A stretch of 64,000 nucleotides of DNA from Opitutia bacterium (GTDB taxonomy: Bacteria; Verrucomicrobiota; Verrucomicrobiia; Opitutales; T3Sed10-336), in NCBI GenBank assembly GCA_050506795.1, contig JBJHCF010000001.1, positions 160,001-224,000 of the forward strand. The letters run 5' to 3'. A program made the translations under genes and the position numbers. This document shows, piece after piece, positions 58,673 to 64,000 of this stretch (its first letter is position 1; each line of letters begins with the position of its first letter). Below the pieces are notes generated by a model. The model searched no databases. It was not told the origin of the DNA and saw only the letters and a program-made list of their open reading frames with translations.

Positions 58673-59587
58673 TCAGACCGCTTGTGACGGAGTGAAGTTG
58701 CGGAATTTGCCGGTGGTGATGCGCTGGCTGCGGAAGACGGCGGCGATGCCGCGGGCGTGGAGTTCGGCGGGATCGGGTGAACCGGGCTGTATGTCTCGCA
58801 GGGCGAGGAGGGAACGTCCGGTGTCGAGGGTGATGGAGGGCATCCAGATCGGCCAGGTCCAGAATGTGTCGTTGCTGCGGTGTCCGGTGAATCCGGTGGT
58901 TTTGAGGTGAGTGCCAACCGGAAAAGTCGGCAGCAAGGGAAGGGCTTCGATGGCGAGGCGGTTCGCGCCGTGTTGGGTGCGGGTGGGGTCTTGACTGGGA
59001 TTTTTCCATGCCAGCGCATAGCGTTTGTCTTCGGCGGGATCCCAGCGAAGGCCGATTTTTTCATCGGGGTAGGTCCAGGTCTCAAACAAGGTGTTCCGGA
59101 GTTGCTCCTCGGTGGTGATTTCCGCGAGGTCGTTCATGGTCTTGAGGAAGTGTTGGTGTCCCGCTCCGCTCATAGTGCGCAGGGCGGTGTCCTCAATGTC
59201 GCCTTGCTCGTTGATCGCCACAGAGGAGCCGAAAGCGGCGAAAAAGGCGGCGGAAATCCGGTCATCCTCATCAAACCAACGCTCCATTGCCGCCTTGGCT
59301 TCCTTTTCGAATTCGCCGGGTTTGAGTTTGAGGTTTTGTGAGAAGGTGAAGACCCGGTGTTGGTGCATTTTCGCCAGCTCCGTGTGGAGTTGTGCAATGA
59401 AGGCGTCGCGTTCCAAGGGCTGGTGAAGGGAAAGCACCGGCGCCCAGTGCCCGGCGTGGGGTTTCCAGTGGAGTTTGGTGCCGGACTGAATCTGGTCGGC
59501 GATGCGCCACGTGCCGAGGACGGCGAGAAAGCCGAGTGGGTTGGCGCCGTCGAGGCCGGGAAGGGGAAGCGGGTGGAGGTCGTTCAT
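58673..59587 (-). CDS. Type I-G large subunit, short Csb3/Cas8g variant
   Basis: GLDGANPLGFLA.LG, LRWDP.ED.RYAL, GANRLA.EALPL.P, WPIW; start overlaps the cas3 stop. Confidence 0.78.
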   Translation of the reverse strand: MNDLHPLPLPGLDGANPLGFLAVLGTWRIADQIQSGTKLHWKPHAGHWAPVLSLHQPLERDAFIAQLHTELAKMHQHRVFTFSQNLKLKPGEFEKEAKAAMERWFDEDDRISAAFFAAFGSSVAINEQGDIEDTALRTMSGAGHQHFLKTMNDLAEITTEEQLRNTLFETWTYPDEKIGLRWDPAEDKRYALAWKNPSQDPTRTQHGANRLAIEALPLLPTFPVGTHLKTTGFTGHRSNDTFWTWPIWMPSITLDTGRSLLALRDIQPGSPDPAELHARGIAAVFRSQRITTGKFRNFTPSQAV

Positions 59588-62371
59588 GATGCGGCGGTGG
59601 TTTCGAGATTGGCGGTGTCATCGGTATACCATCCTTCGGCCTCGGCTTCGCTGGCCTGCTGGTCCGCGAGGCGCAGGATGGCTTCGAGGAAGGAGAGTCC
59701 CCAAGGTCCGTGTTGGCGGAGCAATCTCCAGAAACGGTCGGGGATACCTGAGTCGAGGCGGTGGGCGGGTTTGTCCTTGCGCTCGCTTCCGGAGATGGAG
59801 ATGGCGGGTGCGCCGGGCAGACTTTGGGTGCCAAGCGGTGGCGGATCGGGATCGTCGATGACCGGGGCGAAGGGGCGGGCGTGTCCGTGGTGGGCGGCGA
59901 TGAGGTGGAACGCGAGATCGCGAAGGCCGGCGGCATCGGGCAGAAGGTCCGCCGCGTCCGGGTGGGTGGCAAGCGGGAGCGAGCTGAATTCGTGTCGGAA
60001 GCCTTTGGGCAATGCGGAACGTCGGTGCGCGAGTTCCCGTTCGCGGAGGCTGGCGGAGAGGCGGTCGGATTTGGCCAGGGGCTCCGGAAGGGCGTAGGCG
60101 GCGTGTGGGTTGCCGCCGAGGAGCAAGGCCTGAAAGCGCGGATCGAGTTTGCCCCAGTCGTGCAGATCAGCGGCGGCGGCGAGGCAATTCCGGATGTCTT
60201 CGCTCAGTCCGAGAGCCCGGGCACTGGCGACGACGAGATCCCTGACGTGATCGGTGTGTGCACACAGGGTCACCGGACCGGTGCCGGTGGCGCGGCTCCA
60301 TTCGTCGGCTTCGTCTTCGGCTTGAGTGATAACTTGATTCTGGCGGAGGCGATCACGGAGGCGGCGGCGGGTGGTGAGAACGATGCCGCGTTCGTCGGCA
60401 TAGCGTGCTTGGGTGAATCCGAGTTTGTGCAGGGAAATCAGTAATTCCTTTAGATGCTGAAAACGGGCTTCCTCCTGCGAAGCTTCTTTAAGTAGGTTTC
60501 GCAGCTCTCTCTGGTTCAGACTTGCGTCCGGATCGTCGGCATACTGGATGAGTTCCTGCCAGGCTTCCCTGCCGCTTACGCCGGGAAACAAGTCAGCGCG
60601 GAGGCGAAGCAAGGCCCGGTCGTGGGTGATGCGGAAGGCCTCTTCCGCACGGTCGATGGGAAGAAGTTGGTCCAATGGGAGCGGCTCTTCTTTTTCTTTA
60701 AGACTCCCCGGATCGGTTGGGGCACCTGGAATGTGTCCGAGCTGGCTCCAGCCGCCAAGGGTGAGGGGAAGGACAATGGTGTCGCCGGGGTAAAGGTCTC
60801 CCGGTCGCTCGATCACTTTGCTTTCGGAAGCTCCTCTCCACAGGAGCGCGGTGCCGATTGGCTCTTTTGGGTCGTTTCGACCTGCCGGTGCGTCGGCGGA
60901 GGCGGCCGCGTCGAGCACGTCGCCGGTGTCGGCGAGGACGGCGGTCTTCGCGTTCGACTTGAAAAACCAGTTCTGGAAAACGTGCAGGGGAACGGGGAGG
61001 GCTTCGACTTGCGAGGGCGGGCAAAGGCTGAGGTTCTGAATCGCGGCATCAGGATCGGCATTCTCCGGAAGGTCGGCCCGCCAGAGAACGAGAACATCCG
61101 GGCGGGCGGTCTGCTTACCGTGGAGGAAAAGCGCGGGATCGGGATCTGGCCAGGGGGCGGGATTGGTTTGCGCCCAGGCGTCGAGGTAGGCGGGGAAGAG
61201 GGGCGGCGCGGACGAGGTCGGAGCTTGGAGGCGGTTGAGTTCCTCCTCGGGAAGATTCTTCACGAGCTCGCCCATGTGGGTGAGTCCGAAGTCGACCGAG
61301 TTCCCGGAGGCGACGGATTGGAGCCAGTTCCAGGTTTCCGACAAGGCGTTGCCGTAGATGGGGTCGAGCGGTTGGCCGTCGGCGGCGAGTTTGTCCAATT
61401 TCTTGCGATCGGTTTCGATCAGGTGGCCCGGCATAACGATGCACCCGGTGGCCGGGATGTCGCGTCCGGCACGGTTGAGGCGGCCGAAGCGTCGGCGGAG
61501 GGCGTCGAGGCTGGCGCATTCCGTGACGAGGCCGTCGAAGTCGAGGTCGGCGCCGACCTCAAGGCACTGAGTGGCCACGACAACTTCCACTGGGGGCGGT
61601 GTTTCGCCGTCGGGGATTGGTTCGCGCCGGGCGGCGGTTTTGAGGGCGGCCTGGATGCGTTGGGTTTCGGCGTCGCGGTCGATGGGGCGCATCCGCCCGA
61701 TCAGGAGAGAGGTGTTCGCCTGAAAGCGGGCCTTTTTTGATTTGGATTCCTTTGCGACCAAGTCGGCGACCAGGCGGGCGGTGGCCACGCGGTTAACCAT
61801 GATGGCGAGCGAACGCGGCGTGGTTTCGGCAATGATGGCGGCCGCTTGGTCGAGGAGGTCGGCGGCGAGGGTTTCCTGCTCCCTGGCCTTGGTTTTTGCC
61901 GAAGAGATTGTCAGGCGAACCGGCTTGGTGGCGTTCAGGCGTTTGGTCAGCACCGGGTGCTCGCGGTCGGCGTCGGTGAGGGCGATCGTGTTTGTGGCAC
62001 CCTTTGGAGGCGTGGCGGTCATCTGCACCCAGCGCAGTGGCGGCGGCTTTATGGAGTCCGGGTTTTGGGCGATATGGTGTTCGCGAAAGCGTTGGAGCGC
62101 GGCCACGGTTTCGGCGAAGGGGCGGCTGATGTGGGCTTCGTCGAGAATCCACAGCGCATCCGTTGCGACCAAGGCGGCGTGGATGGGCCTGGGCGGCAAG
62201 CGCATAGACCGTCATTTCGAGACAGGCAGTCTTGCCGCTGCCCGTAGGCGCGGCGATGAAATCGGGCCAGTCCCCGGCAACCGCGCGTTCGGCAAGCTTG
62301 CGTTGCCAGGGGAAGAGAGTGTGGCTGTCGTTAAGTTCGGCGAAAAATTCAGCGAAGGTGGGGAGGGTCAT
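59584..62371 (-). pseudogene. cas3: Type I-G Cas3 (helicase plus C-terminal HD) disrupted by an internal deletion/frameshift
   Basis: N-terminus (FPWQ, PTGSGKT) from 62371 shifts frame at ~62190 into RPIHAAL..LDEAH, MTATP, NRVATA, TQCLEVGADLD, RFGRLNR; HD motifs HDWGK, RHE, AHHG. Confidence 0.88.
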
Positions 62372-62415
62372 GACGATGGAGAGTTGAAAATGAAAGAAGA
62401 ACATCAGCAAAACCG

Positions 62416-62441
62416 GCTGACTCGCATGCGCTCGCCGACGC
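62416..62441. repeat. Left arm of the imperfect inverted repeat flanking the HEAT gene
   Basis: Reverse complement GCGTCGGCGAGCGCATGCGAGTCAGC matches 63400-63425 at 21/26. Confidence 0.65.
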
Positions 62442-62483
62442 CTTCCGGCAGATCGCCTGATGCAGATTATGGGTCATGTGTGA

Positions 62484-63380
62484 TCAGGACAGGTGGTAGC
62501 CGAAGAGCGAGAGTTTGTTTCGGAGGATCCTGTCGAGGTTTGGTTTGTCGCGAGGGGAGATTGAGATGAGGCGTTTGCCTTCCTGTTGATAGAGTTGCTG
62601 TTTCTTCAGCATGCCGATCTTGTAGTCGGCGGTATCAAGTCCCCAATATTCGATGTAGATGTCTAGTTCCGGGAGATAGAAGTCGGGTCGGATCGCATGA
62701 CCGTTGAGGATGCGGTAACGTTCGTCGTAGCGGTAGGCGATATTGTTGGCGCTGAGCCAATCCGCGATTTTCCGTTCGCCGTCGGACTGCACCAGAGTTC
62801 CGGCCTTGGCGGTGATTTGTTTGTTGAGTTCGACTTTGGTTTCAAAATTGCGTCGTGCGAGGAAGACCTCATCAAAGCACGGATCGCAGTAGTTGCGTTG
62901 GAATGCCTGTTGGCTTTTTGTATGCTCTTCCGGGGAAATCTCGCGTCGGCAGCGAATGCATTTGTGGCGAGCGTTTTCCTGCTCTAGACGGATGGCTTCA
63001 CGAATCGCTTCGGCGGCGGAATGGGCGGCCCGGCGGACGTAGTCCTTGATCTGTTCGTTAGAGGAGAGATCGTCGAGGTCGGCGAGGTGGTCTCTTGCGA
63101 ACGCGCCGAAGGATTTCATGGCCTTGAGGGCGTATTGTTGGACTTGGGGGTGAGGGTCGCGTAGGGCGATGGGCAACAACGCGGGAATCGCCGTGGAGCC
63201 ATCGGCTCCGAAGGGAGCGAGCTTGGCGATGGCGGATGCGGCGAGCCGGCGGACTTCGGCGGACGGGCTGCGAAGAAAACGGATCAGTTCATCCAGTGCA
63301 TCAGGATCGGCGCTGCGTCCAAGTTCAAGAGTGCGCTGAACGTGTTCATGATGTTGCCGGCGATCCATGTGAGTCTTCAT
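62484..63380 (-). CDS. HEAT-repeat, zinc-finger and PD-(D/E)xK-like nuclease domain protein
   Basis: HEAT repeats (EVRRLAASAI.KL, D.HPQVQQYALKA), CIRC...CDPC, then SDGERKIADWL, RPDFYL, YIEYWG. Confidence 0.75.
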   Translation of the reverse strand: MKTHMDRRQHHEHVQRTLELGRSADPDALDELIRFLRSPSAEVRRLAASAIAKLAPFGADGSTAIPALLPIALRDPHPQVQQYALKAMKSFGAFARDHLADLDDLSSNEQIKDYVRRAAHSAAEAIREAIRLEQENARHKCIRCRREISPEEHTKSQQAFQRNYCDPCFDEVFLARRNFETKVELNKQITAKAGTLVQSDGERKIADWLSANNIAYRYDERYRILNGHAIRPDFYLPELDIYIEYWGLDTADYKIGMLKKQQLYQQEGKRLISISPRDKPNLDRILRNKLSLFGYHLS

Positions 63381-63399
63381 TATTGAGCCTTGAAATATA

Positions 63400-63425
63400 G
63401 CGTCGGCGAACGAAAGTGAGTTAGC
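63400..63425. repeat. Right arm of the imperfect inverted repeat flanking the HEAT gene
   Basis: GCGTCGGCGAACGAAAGTGAGTTAGC; partner of 62416-62441. Confidence 0.65.
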
Positions 63426-63449
63426 GGATATCGGTGCAGCAGGTTTGTT

Positions 63450-64000
<551 letters not shown>

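Overview
A GC-rich bacterial chromosome segment; gene content suggests Verrucomicrobiota (Opitutales-like), which is an inference. The first ~51 kb is metabolic and regulatory. It holds a phosphofructokinase, a kaiC-kaiB-hybrid histidine kinase operon without kaiA, several polysaccharide enzymes (GH10-GH43 fusion, GH30, SGNH acetylesterase, a large putative lyase), and a complete bidirectional [NiFe]-hydrogenase operon (hoxEFUYHW) running into ppdK. It also holds a cfa-like methyltransferase/FAD-reductase pair, a phosphate porin with Pho-box-like repeats, ugd and several oxidoreductases. The last ~12.5 kb is a type I-G (I-U) CRISPR-Cas locus on the minus strand: csb2 (partial), cas3, short cas8g/csb3, cas4-cas1, cas2, leader and a 9-repeat array. 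This locus is heavily remodelled. Cas3 has an apparent internal deletion with frameshift, Csb2 an apparent in-frame deletion, and the Cas4 half lacks its N-terminus and catalytic acid. Inserted among the cas genes are three toxin-antitoxin-like pairs, an inverted-repeat-flanked HEAT/Zn/nuclease gene, and a solitary degenerate CRISPR repeat (29/36 identical to the array repeat) that may encode a CRISPR-resembling regulatory RNA. A small MITE-like repeat family (ends like GAATGGNRCTCGGTTAAG) and REP-like palindromes occur between genes. All family assignments are from motif recognition by eye, not database searches.
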